64,000 nt of DNA from Escherichia coli (lineage in GTDB: Bacteria > Pseudomonadota > Gammaproteobacteria > Enterobacterales > Enterobacteriaceae), in NCBI RefSeq assembly GCF_003334405.1, contig NZ_QOWM01000004.1. One strand, given 5' to 3'. Shown here in pieces: positions 24,955-35,624 of this stretch; positions within the stretch are counted from its first letter, which is position 1, and the number at the start of each line of letters is the position of its first letter. Under the pieces are notes generated by a model that ran no database searches, had not been told where the DNA came from, and worked only from the letters and a program-made list of their open reading frames with translations. A program made the position numbers and the translations under genes.

Positions 24955-25298
24955 GTGCCTGGCACACGCGTTTGATGGAAGACGGCGTTCAGGCAATGCG
25001 CGATTATCTTGCCGGACTGGATATCGCTTCGCCAGAGCATCAGGTTCTGATGAACGTAACAGCAAAAAGCGAGGTCGCTCCGTCAATTATCAAAGAAAAT
25101 CTCTCATTACACTTAACTCATACGGTGAAATGGACTGAATCTCTCGATACATTTCTGAATATGCCAACCCCGGTAGCTTTCCTTGAAATAAGTAATAAGC
25201 CCTATTTGGGGAATATGTTAAATGATTTTGCTGGCGTGGATCAGCAACGAGTTATGCATTGTCGTAAAGCATTTAGTGATGCAAAGGTATTCAAATGA
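24955..25298 (+). pseudogene. ymdE: Truncated C-terminal fragment of an acyltransferase (malonyl-CoA:ACP transacylase-like) gene abutting IS3
   Basis: ORF track 24939..25298 begins inside the IS3 inverted repeat; no plausible N-terminal domain; translation resembles the C-terminal lobe of FabD-like acyltransferases. Confidence 0.6.
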
Positions 25299-26281
25299 TT
25301 CCTGATTATTTAACTTTTATTCGCTTTCAGGATAAACGAAATCTGATATACATTTATGCTATTGGACTTATTCTGATAGGCTTTTATTGGAAGAATGCAG
25401 GGTTTACTTTTCCATCAGAGGATATTGGTGTAGTTAGTGGGATTCTGGCTCTGGTGCTGTATAATTTTATTTTTGATCTCAAGGCGTACTGGGCTTATAA
25501 ATGCGTCACGAAGAATATCGATTTTTCGTGGTTTAAGAAAAAGCAGAACCACAAAATAGAATTATTTCTTACACAACCTCTGGTGGCAGGATTTCTGTCG
25601 TTAATCATGTTGAGTGCAATGAGTTGGGGGCTATACCAGCTTCTACCCTCGTTATATGCGCTGTTCCTGATTTCGTTACTTGGGCCGTTGGTCATCTTTC
25701 TGCTGTTTCGGATGATCCGCACCAGTTATGTCAAGCAGGTCGCTATTTCAGTAGCGAAAAAAGTAAAATATAAAAGTCTGACTCGCTATGTGCTGCTTTC
25801 GGTGTGCATCTCAACGGTTGTTAACCTGCTTACTATCAGCCCGTTGCGTAACAGTGATTCTTTTGTGACAGAGGGGCAGTGGTTAACGTTTAAATCGATA
25901 ATTGCATTGCTCATTCTTTGTGGCGTAGTGTTGGCGATTAATCTGTTTTTTCTGCGCTTCTCCAAGCGGTACGCTTTTCTGGGCAGGCTTTTTTTGCAGG
26001 AAATCGATCTGTTTTTCTCCAGTGAAAATGCGTTGTCGACCTTTTTTGCCAAGCCGCTTTGGCTTCGGTTATTCATATTGCTGGTTATTGAAGTGATGTG
26101 GATTACGCTGGTGTCGGTATTGGCAACGCTTGTAGAATGGCGGATTTGGTTTGAAGCCTATTTTTTACTCTGCTATGTACCGTGCTTAATTTACTATTTT
26201 TTCTATTGTCGATTCCTCTGGCATAACGATTTTATGATGGCATGTGACATGTATTTCCGTTGGGGGCATTTTAATAAGTGA
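25295..26281 (+). CDS. ycdU: YcdU, predicted polytopic inner-membrane protein of unknown function
   Basis: ORF track 328 aa [32 protein letters not shown]; many hydrophobic segments; AT-rich. Confidence 0.9.
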
Positions 26282-26413
26282 GGAAGTGATAGGAAGTGAC
26301 CAGATAATACATATATGTTCTGTACTCTCTTGCGCATTTTGATTGTTGACTGAGTAACCAGACAGTTGATGTGCACGATTTCCCCTCGCCCTAACAGACG
26401 TGGGCGGGGGCAC

Positions 26414-26835
26414 CCGGTGTGTGCAATATACGAAAAAAAAGCCCGTACTTTCGTACGAGCTCTTCTTTAAATATGGCGGTGAGGGGGGGATTGACTCGCT
26501 TCGCTCGCCCTGCGGGCAGCCCGCTCACTGCGTTCACGGTCTGTCCAACTGGCTGTCGCCAGTTGTCGAACCCCGGTCGGGGCTTCTCATCCCCCCGGTG
26601 TGTGCAATATACGAAAAAAAAGCCCGTACTTTCGTACGAGCTCTTCTTTAAATATGGCGGTGAGGGGGGGATTGACTCGCTTCGCTCGCCCTGCGGGCAG
26701 CCCGCTCACTGCGTTCACGGTCTGTCCAACTGGCTGTCGCCAGTTGTCGAACCCCGGTCGGGGCTTCTCATCCCCCCGGTGTGTGCAATATACGAAAAAA
26801 AAGCCCGTACTTTCGTACGAGCTCTTCTTTAAATA
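26414..26835. repeat. Tandem direct repeat, 181-bp unit x ~2.3, each unit carrying a copy of the serX 3' end and its terminator
   Basis: Identical ORF-track fragments begin at 26419, 26600 and 26781 (period 181); sequence ccggtgtgtgcaatatacgaaaaaaaagcccgtactttcgtacgagctcttctttaaatatggcggtgaggggggatt... repeats exactly. Confidence 0.92.
26781..26835 (-). terminator. serX rho-independent terminator (copies recur in each repeat unit)
   Basis: Reverse strand immediately after tRNA CCA: GAGCTCGTACGAAAGTACGGGC hairpin followed by TTTTTTTT. Confidence 0.75.
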
Positions 26836-26923
26836 TGGCGGTGAGGGGGGGATTCGAACCCCCGATACGTTGCCGTATACACACTTTCCAGGCGTGCTCC
26901 TTCAGCCACTCGGACACCTCACC
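26836..26923 (-). tRNA. serX: tRNA-Ser (GGA anticodon), 88 nt with long variable arm and encoded CCA
   Basis: Reverse strand reads GGTGAGGTGTCCGAGTGGCTGAAGGAGCACGCCTGGAAAGTGTGTATACGGCAACGTATCGGGGGTTCGAATCCCCCCCTCACCGCCA. Confidence 0.95.
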
Positions 26924-27117
26924 AAATTGTCGTTCCTGTCTTGCTGGAACGGGCGCTAATTTAGGGAAATCATGACCTGAGGTCAACAAACTTTTTGAAA
27001 AAATCGCGCGTTTATTCAAACTTCAATCAATGTGTGGTTTTAATAAGCGAAATCTGCTTTTTTTGCCACCGACCACGGATTTGTTATGCTGGTGGCCTTT
27101 GTAGATCATAATGATAA

Positions 27118-28095
<978 letters not shown>

Positions 28096-28149
28096 TAAAG
28101 CATCAGGATTCCTGCTATCCTTGGCGGGAATTGAATACAGGAGAGAGTT

Positions 28150-28887
28150 ATGTATCCCGTCGACCTTCATATGCATACCGTTGCCAGCACACATGCATAT
28201 AGCACATTAAGTGATTACATTGCCCAGGCCAAACAAAAGGGCATTAAACTTTTTGCGATCACCGATCATGGCCCGGATATGGAAGATGCGCCGCATCACT
28301 GGCACTTCATTAACATGCGTATCTGGCCGCGAGTGGTTGATGGGGTAGGGATCCTGCGCGGCATCGAAGCTAACATTAAAAATGTTGATGGTGAAATTGA
28401 CTGCAGCGGTAAAATGTTTGACTCGCTGGATCTAATTATTGCCGGTTTTCATGAGCCGGTTTTTGCGCCACATGACAAAGCGACCAATACACAAGCGATG
28501 ATCGCCACTATCGCCAGCGGCAATGTGCATATAATAAGCCATCCCGGAAATCCCAAATATGAAATAGATGTGAAAGCCGTTGCTGAAGCAGCCGCGAAAC
28601 ATCAGGTGGCGCTGGAAATCAATAATTCCTCATTTTTACACTCACGTAAGGGCAGTGAAGACAACTGTCGTGAGGTAGCCGCAGCGGTACGTGATGCTGG
28701 AGGTTGGGTGGCATTAGGCTCGGATTCTCACACCGCGTTTACCATGGGGGAATTTGAAGAGTGTCTTAAAATCCTCGACGCGGTAGATTTTCCGCCAGAG
28801 CGCATTTTGAATGTTTCTCCGCGCCGCTTACTGAACTTCCTTGAATCTCGCGGTATGGCACCGATTGCGGAATTTGCAGACCTTTAA
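28150..28887 (+). CDS. ycdX: YcdX, PHP-family zinc phosphatase
   Basis: ORF track 245 aa [23 protein letters not shown] (PHP domain HxH motif). Confidence 0.94.
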   Translation: MYPVDLHMHTVASTHAYSTLSDYIAQAKQKGIKLFAITDHGPDMEDAPHHWHFINMRIWPRVVDGVGILRGIEANIKNVDGEIDCSGKMFDSLDLIIAGFHEPVFAPHDKATNTQAMIATIASGNVHIISHPGNPKYEIDVKAVAEAAAKHQVALEINNSSFLHSRKGSEDNCREVAAAVRDAGGWVALGSDSHTAFTMGEFEECLKILDAVDFPPERILNVSPRRLLNFLESRGMAPIAEFADL

Positions 28888-28910
28888 TTACTAGTAATGG
28901 AAATATATTA

Positions 28911-29465
28911 ATGAACGAGTTTTCTATCCTCTGTCGTGTGCTGGGTTCGCTCTATTACCGCCAACCACAAGATCCTTTACTGGTGCCGCTGTTTACCCTG
29001 ATTCGTGAGGGGAAACTGGCTGCGAACTGGCCACTGGAGCAGGATGAGTTGCTGACACGTTTGCAGAAAAGCTGTGATATGACGCAAGTCTCTGCCGATT
29101 ACAATGCGTTGTTTATCGGCGATGAATGTGCTGTGCCGCCATATCGTAGCGCATGGGTTGAGGGCGCGACGGAAGCGGAAGTGCGCGCTTTTCTTTCTGA
29201 GCGAGGGATGCCATTAGCGGATACGCCAGCCGATCACATCGGCACATTGCTGCTCGCAGCTTCCTGGCTGGAAGATCAGTCAACGGAAGATGAGAGCGAA
29301 GCACTGGAAACACTGTTCAGTGAGTATCTGTTACCCTGGTGTGGTGCGTTCCTTGGCAAAGTGGAGGCCCATGCAACCACGCCTTTCTGGCGCACCATGG
29401 CACCGCTAACCCGCGATGCCATTAGTGCAATGTGGGACGAGCTGGAAGAAGATTCTGAAGAATAA
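28911..29465 (+). CDS. ycdY: YcdY, TorD-family redox-enzyme maturation chaperone (partner of YcdX)
   Basis: ORF track 184 aa MNEFSILCRVLGSLYYRQPQDPLLVPLF. Confidence 0.93.
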   Translation: MNEFSILCRVLGSLYYRQPQDPLLVPLFTLIREGKLAANWPLEQDELLTRLQKSCDMTQVSADYNALFIGDECAVPPYRSAWVEGATEAEVRAFLSERGMPLADTPADHIGTLLLAASWLEDQSTEDESEALETLFSEYLLPWCGAFLGKVEAHATTPFWRTMAPLTRDAISAMWDELEEDSEE

Positions 29466-29566
29466 GTGTGATCTACGTCACTCATAACTGCAACGGATAA
29501 TTTGTTGTTGCATAAAATGTGTGCTCGATCTCATTCATGGCCGCGTTTTCTGCTATCATGCGCGGC

Positions 29567-30058
29567 ATGAACATACTTCTCTCTATTGCAATCACAACAG
29601 GCATTCTCTCCGGTATCTGGGGATGGGTGGCTGTTTCCCTGGGCTTACTAAGCTGGGCGGGCTTCCTGGGCTGTACGGCCTACTTTGCCTGCCCGCAAGG
29701 TGGGCTGAAAGGGCTGGCGATCTCCGCTGCAACCCTGCTTAGTGGCGTGGTGTGGGCGATGGTCATTATTTACGGTAGTGCACTGGCACCACATCTGGAA
29801 ATTCTCGGTTATGTCATAACCGGTATTGTCGCGTTTCTGATGTGTATTCAGGCCAAACAGCTGCTGCTTTCATTTGTTCCGGGGACGTTTATAGGCGCAT
29901 GCGCGACGTTTGCCGGGCAGGGTGACTGGAAACTGGTGTTACCTTCGCTGGCGCTTGGGCTGATATTTGGTTACGCAATGAAAAACAGTGGCCTGTGGCT
30001 GGCGGCGCGTAGTGCAAAGACGGCGCACCGTGAGCAGGAAATCAAAAATAAAGCGTGA
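29567..30058 (+). CDS. ycdZ: YcdZ, DUF1097 inner-membrane protein
   Basis: ORF track 29519..30058; start trimmed to MNILLSIAITTGILSGIWGW (163 aa). Confidence 0.9.
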   Translation: MNILLSIAITTGILSGIWGWVAVSLGLLSWAGFLGCTAYFACPQGGLKGLAISAATLLSGVVWAMVIIYGSALAPHLEILGYVITGIVAFLMCIQAKQLLLSFVPGTFIGACATFAGQGDWKLVLPSLALGLIFGYAMKNSGLWLAARSAKTAHREQEIKNKA

Positions 30059-30089
30059 GGGGCACTCACGCTTTCGCTTAAACAGTAAA

Positions 30090-30118
30090 ATGCCGGATGA
30101 TAATTCCGGCTTTTTTAT
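30090..30118 (+). terminator. Rho-independent terminator after ycdZ, between convergent ycdZ and csgG
   Basis: tgccggatgataattccggc hairpin followed by ttttttat. Confidence 0.7.
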
Positions 30119-30121
30119 CTG

Positions 30122-30955
30122 TCAGGATTCCGGTGGAACCGACATATGGCGGTATTTCACCAGAATGTCATTCTGCCGTTCTGCTTTATTTTGCAAATCC
30201 CACAGACCACGGTCGATACCATCATTAATCAGGAAAATGACCCCTGTTTCGATAGCCGACATCAGGCACAGCATAACAGGTTCGTTCGAGGTGTAACCCA
30301 CTTCCCCTTCAAGCAAGCGCTGGTAGTCAATAAAGCGGAAAACCCCGGCCTGAACTTCATAGGAAAGTATCGTCTTACTGGTGTTCACCGAAGAAAGGAT
30401 CTCGCCGGTACTCACATTGACGACGCGCAGGTTCACGGCAATCTGATCGAGCTGGTATTGCGTGTCGGCACCGATGCCAAAATATCTTGCCCCAACCCCG
30501 CCAGATTTGACGTTGCTTTCATAACCGATAATCGAACCTTCAACCATGATATTTGCCGCCGTTAAAGATTGCAGCGGGATTCGGTTATTAATGGCAACCG
30601 TGCCGTTTTCTTGTGCCGCACGAATAATCTTGCGCTCGTTAAGCAGGTTTTGTAAGCCCTGGCGCTCCAGCGGTATAAACCAGCGAGAATCTTTCAGTGC
30701 CGTGACCAGCATTGCCGTGGCGCTTTGCGGAACAGCAGTGGAGAAGTTACTTGCCGGGTAGGGTTTAAATTGCCCGGTTTCGTCCTGAATGTTGTATACC
30801 GAAACAAAGATTTTACCCGTCGGCGCTGGCAGATGGGTCAAATCTTTGTAGCTCTGAGCACGAGGCATTAATGTCGGTCTGGCGGCTTCTTTAGGCGGGG
30901 CGGTTAAGCATCCGCTCAGTAACATGACGGCAACCAAAAGAAATAAGCGCTGCAT
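30122..30955 (-). CDS. csgG: CsgG, curli secretion outer-membrane lipoprotein channel
   Basis: ORF track 277 aa MQRLFLLVAVMLLSGCLTAPPKEA. Confidence 0.97.
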   Translation of the reverse strand: MQRLFLLVAVMLLSGCLTAPPKEAARPTLMPRAQSYKDLTHLPAPTGKIFVSVYNIQDETGQFKPYPASNFSTAVPQSATAMLVTALKDSRWFIPLERQGLQNLLNERKIIRAAQENGTVAINNRIPLQSLTAANIMVEGSIIGYESNVKSGGVGARYFGIGADTQYQLDQIAVNLRVVNVSTGEILSSVNTSKTILSYEVQAGVFRFIDYQRLLEGEVGYTSNEPVMLCLMSAIETGVIFLINDGIDRGLWDLQNKAERQNDILVKYRHMSVPPES

Positions 30956-30981
30956 GATTATTTTCCTTATGAAGCTGGGGC

Positions 30982-31398
30982 TTAAAAATCGGTTGAGTTA
31001 TTTTGTAAACCCGAAACCTGGATGGTCGAGGTTTGTCCGGTTTTACGATCTGTCACGTTCAACTGCAATTGACCATCGCGGTTGGCAATATCGACAATAT
31101 AATCGTTGGTCACCATGCGGCCCGGTTTACCGGTATTAATATTCGACAGTAGCCCACCTAAAATTTGTGACTGGATGGCCTGAGTAAAGTTATCTAACGC
31201 TGAGGGTGTTTCAATACCAAAGTCATCGTTATAGCTCGGATCTTTATAAGAGTTTTGGGCCTGAGCGCTATTTAATAAAAAAGCGCCATTATTTGGGTTA
31301 CCACCAAAGTTTGGATTACGGAACTGGAAAGTCATGGTTCCAGCCCAACTTAATGGCGAAATAAGCATGAGTAGAACTACTGCATGTTTGACACGCAT
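30982..31398 (-). CDS. csgF: CsgF, curli assembly/nucleation accessory protein
   Basis: ORF track 138 aa [33 protein letters not shown]. Confidence 0.96.
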
Positions 31399-31422
31399 TG
31401 CAGCCTCCGAACAATTTTTTAT

Positions 31423-31812
31423 TTAGAATTCATCATGCGCCAAATCGCCCGTACTTAATAACGCCTGATTTATCTGGCGACGATTTAGTGCTTCTTCAGT
31501 TTGAATCAGTGCAAAGACGACAGTTTTCTCGAAGTCTCTTTTCAACGGAAATAAAAAAGTCTGGAAAATAACGTCCTGATTGACCGTTATAGTGATCCAG
31601 CTTCCCCATCGTGCACTGGGCCTTTCATTAATCGTTAAGTTACCCGTATAGTCACTTTCCCATTTATCACTAAAGGCTCGGTAAAAATCATGGCCAATAG
31701 ATGAAACAGTATGGTCAGTTAGCAATCCCGGGACTTCTACCTCAACGGCGTGAAGATTCCCTGCGGCGAACAGAAATTCTGCCGCCACAATCCAGCGTAA
31801 ATAACGTTTCAT
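31423..31812 (-). CDS. csgE: CsgE, curli secretion specificity factor
   Basis: ORF track 129 aa [31 protein letters not shown]. Confidence 0.96.
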
Positions 31813-31816
31813 GGCT

Positions 31817-32467
<651 letters not shown>

Positions 32468-33221
32468 GATGAAACCCCGCTTTTTTTATTGATCGCACAC
32501 CTGACAGCTGCCTCTAAAATAGAAGCACCAGAAGTACTGACAGATGTTGCACTGCTGTGTGTAGTAATAAATCAGCCCTAAATGGGTAAAATATAAAACT
32601 AATGGATTACATCTGATTTCAATCTAGCCATTACAAATCTTAAATCAAGTGTTAAACATGTAACTAAATGTAACTCGTTATATTAAAATGTTAACCTTAA
32701 GGTTTTGTTAAGTTTAGAAATGATAGAAAAGTTGTACATTTGGTTTTTATTGCACAATTTTAAAAAATCATACAAATGGTGATAACTTACTAATAATGCA
32801 TATAAAAAATATTTCGGTGTAGTCCTTTCGTCATGTAAAACGTTCTTGTTTTTTCTCCACACCTCCGTGGACAATTTTTTACTGCAAAAAGACGAGGTTT
32901 GTCACGGCTTGTGCGCAAGACATATCGCAGCAATCAGCGACGGGCAAGAAGAATGACTGTCTGGTGCTTTTTGATAGCGGAAAGCGGAGATTTAAAAGAA
33001 AACAAAATATTTTTTTGCGTAGATAACAGCGTATTTACGTGGGTTTTAATACTTTGGTATGAACTAAAAAAGAAAAATACAACGCGCGGGTGAGTTATTA
33101 AAAATATTTCCGCAGACATACTTTCCATCGTAACGCAGCGTTAACAAAATACAGGTTGCGTTAACAACCAAGTTGAAATGATTTAATTTCTTAAATGTAC
33201 GACCAGGTCCAGGGTGACAAC
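32468..33221. promoter_or_regulatory. csgD-csgB divergent intergenic regulatory region (csgDEFG and csgBAC promoters)
   Basis: 754-bp AT-rich non-coding region between divergently transcribed csgD and csgB; only short spurious ORFs. Confidence 0.8.
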
Positions 33222-33677
33222 ATGAAAAACAAATTGTTATTTATGATGTTAACAATACTGGGTGCGCCTGGGATTGCAGCCGCAGCAGGTTATGATTTAG
33301 CTAATTCAGAATATAACTTCGCGGTAAATGAATTGAGTAAGTCTTCATTTAATCAGGCAGCCATAATTGGTCAAGCTGGGACTAATAATAGTGCTCAGTT
33401 ACGGCAGGGAGGCTCAAAACTTTTGGCGGTTGTTGCGCAAGAAGGTAGTAGCAACCGGGCAAAGATTGACCAGACAGGAGATTATAACCTTGCATATATT
33501 GATCAGGCGGGCAGTGCCAACGATGCCAGTATTTCGCAAGGTGCTTATGGTAATACTGCGATGATTATCCAGAAAGGTTCTGGTAATAAAGCAAATATTA
33601 CACAGTATGGTACTCAAAAAACGGCAATTGTAGTGCAGAGACAGTCGCAAATGGCTATTCGCGTGACACAACGTTAA
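33222..33677 (+). CDS. csgB: CsgB, curli minor subunit / nucleator
   Basis: ORF track 33195..33677; start trimmed to MKNKLLFMMLTILGAPGIAAA (151 aa); Q/N-rich repeats. Confidence 0.96.
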   Translation: MKNKLLFMMLTILGAPGIAAAAGYDLANSEYNFAVNELSKSSFNQAAIIGQAGTNNSAQLRQGGSKLLAVVAQEGSSNRAKIDQTGDYNLAYIDQAGSANDASISQGAYGNTAMIIQKGSGNKANITQYGTQKTAIVVQRQSQMAIRVTQR

Positions 33678-33717
33678 TTTCCATTCGACTTTTAAATCAA
33701 TCCGATGGGGGTTTTAC

Positions 33718-34173
33718 ATGAAACTTTTAAAAGTAGCAGCAATTGCAGCAATCGTATTCTCCGGTAGCGCTCTGGCAGGTGTTGTTCCTCAGTACGGCGG
33801 CGGCGGTAACCACGGTGGTGGCGGTAATAATAGCGGCCCAAATTCTGAGCTGAACATTTACCAGTACGGTGGCGGTAACTCTGCACTTGCTCTGCAAACT
33901 GATGCCCGTAACTCTGACTTGACTATTACCCAGCATGGCGGCGGTAATGGTGCAGATGTTGGTCAGGGCTCAGATGACAGCTCAATCGATCTGACCCAAC
34001 GTGGCTTCGGTAACAGCGCTACTCTTGATCAGTGGAACGGCAAAAATTCTGAAATGACGGTTAAACAGTTCGGTGGTGGCAACGGTGCTGCAGTTGACCA
34101 GACTGCATCTAACTCCTCCGTCAACGTGACTCAGGTTGGCTTTGGTAACAACGCGACCGCTCATCAGTACTAA
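33718..34173 (+). CDS. csgA: CsgA, curli major subunit (amyloid, five imperfect repeats)
   Basis: ORF track 151 aa MKLLKVAAIAAIVFSGSALAGVVPQYGGGGNHGGGGNNSGPNSELNIYQYGGGNSALALQ. Confidence 0.97.
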   Translation: MKLLKVAAIAAIVFSGSALAGVVPQYGGGGNHGGGGNNSGPNSELNIYQYGGGNSALALQTDARNSDLTITQHGGGNGADVGQGSDDSSIDLTQRGFGNSATLDQWNGKNSEMTVKQFGGGNGAAVDQTASNSSVNVTQVGFGNNATAHQY

Positions 34174-34192
34174 TACATCATTTGTATTACAG

Positions 34193-34220
34193 AAACAGGG
34201 CGCAAGCCCTGTTTTTTTTC
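34193..34220 (+). terminator. Rho-independent terminator after csgA
   Basis: aacagggcgcaagccctgtt hairpin followed by T8. Confidence 0.75.
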
Positions 34221-34231
34221 GGGAGAAGAAT

Positions 34232-34996
<765 letters not shown>

Positions 34997-35090
34997 GTTT
35001 CTGAACAACTCACGTTGCTGAGCAGAAAAATGCGATTTAACCAAAAAGCCTGCTGTACACTTAAGAAACAAGAAGGTGTAAGGAGGCGTT

Positions 35091-35624
35091 ATGAAAACGC
35101 GTATTCATGTTGTGCAGGGTGATATTACCAAACTGGCCGTTGATGTGATTGTGAATGCGGCTAATCCGTCATTAATGGGAGGCGGCGGCGTCGATGGGGC
35201 CATTCATCGCGCAGCGGGTCCGGCCCTGCTGGATGCTTGTTTAAAAGTCAGGCAACAGCAGGGCGATTGCCCTACGGGGCATGCCGTTATTACGCTTGCA
35301 GGCGATCTTCCCGCTAAAGCCGTAGTGCACACCGTCGGGCCAGTCTGGCGTGGTGGTGAACAAAACGAAGACCAGCTTTTGCAGGATGCCTATCTCAATA
35401 GCCTACGACTGGTGGCGGCAAACAGCTATACGTCAGTGGCTTTTCCTGCAATCAGTACTGGGGTTTATGGTTACCCTCGTGCGGCAGCGGCTGAAATCGC
35501 AGTAAAAACCGTTTCAGAATTTATTACCCGTCACGCTTTACCCGAACAGGTATACTTTGTCTGTTATGATGAAGAAAACGCCCACCTCTACGAAAGACTC
35601 CTTACCCAACAAGGAGATGAATGA
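35091..35624 (+). CDS. ymdB: YmdB, macrodomain O-acetyl-ADP-ribose deacetylase / RNase III regulator
   Basis: ORF track 177 aa [43 protein letters not shown] (macro domain). Confidence 0.95.

Noticed and set aside
26282-26330. Short direct repeat (gaagtgatag gaagtgac) just after the ycdU stop
   Set aside because: Only a 9-bp imperfect duplication; too short to distinguish from chance or replication slippage, with no associated feature.
26414-26835. Possibility that the regular repeat array is a CRISPR array
   Set aside because: The period is 181 bp with identical units and no variable spacers between short repeats, and there are no cas genes in the window.
26400-26975. Three overlapping ORFs (83, 137, 119 aa) plus a 64-aa ORF with near-identical translations (MCNIRKKSPYFRTSSSLNMAVRGG...)
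   Set aside because: They are reading-frame artefacts of the 181-bp tandem repeat and run antisense across the serX tRNA and its terminator copies; no independent coding evidence.
32683-33128. Three 63-64-aa ORFs in the csgD-csgB intergenic region
   Set aside because: The region is the AT-rich curli regulatory hub; the ORFs have low-complexity, poly-K/F translations with no start context.
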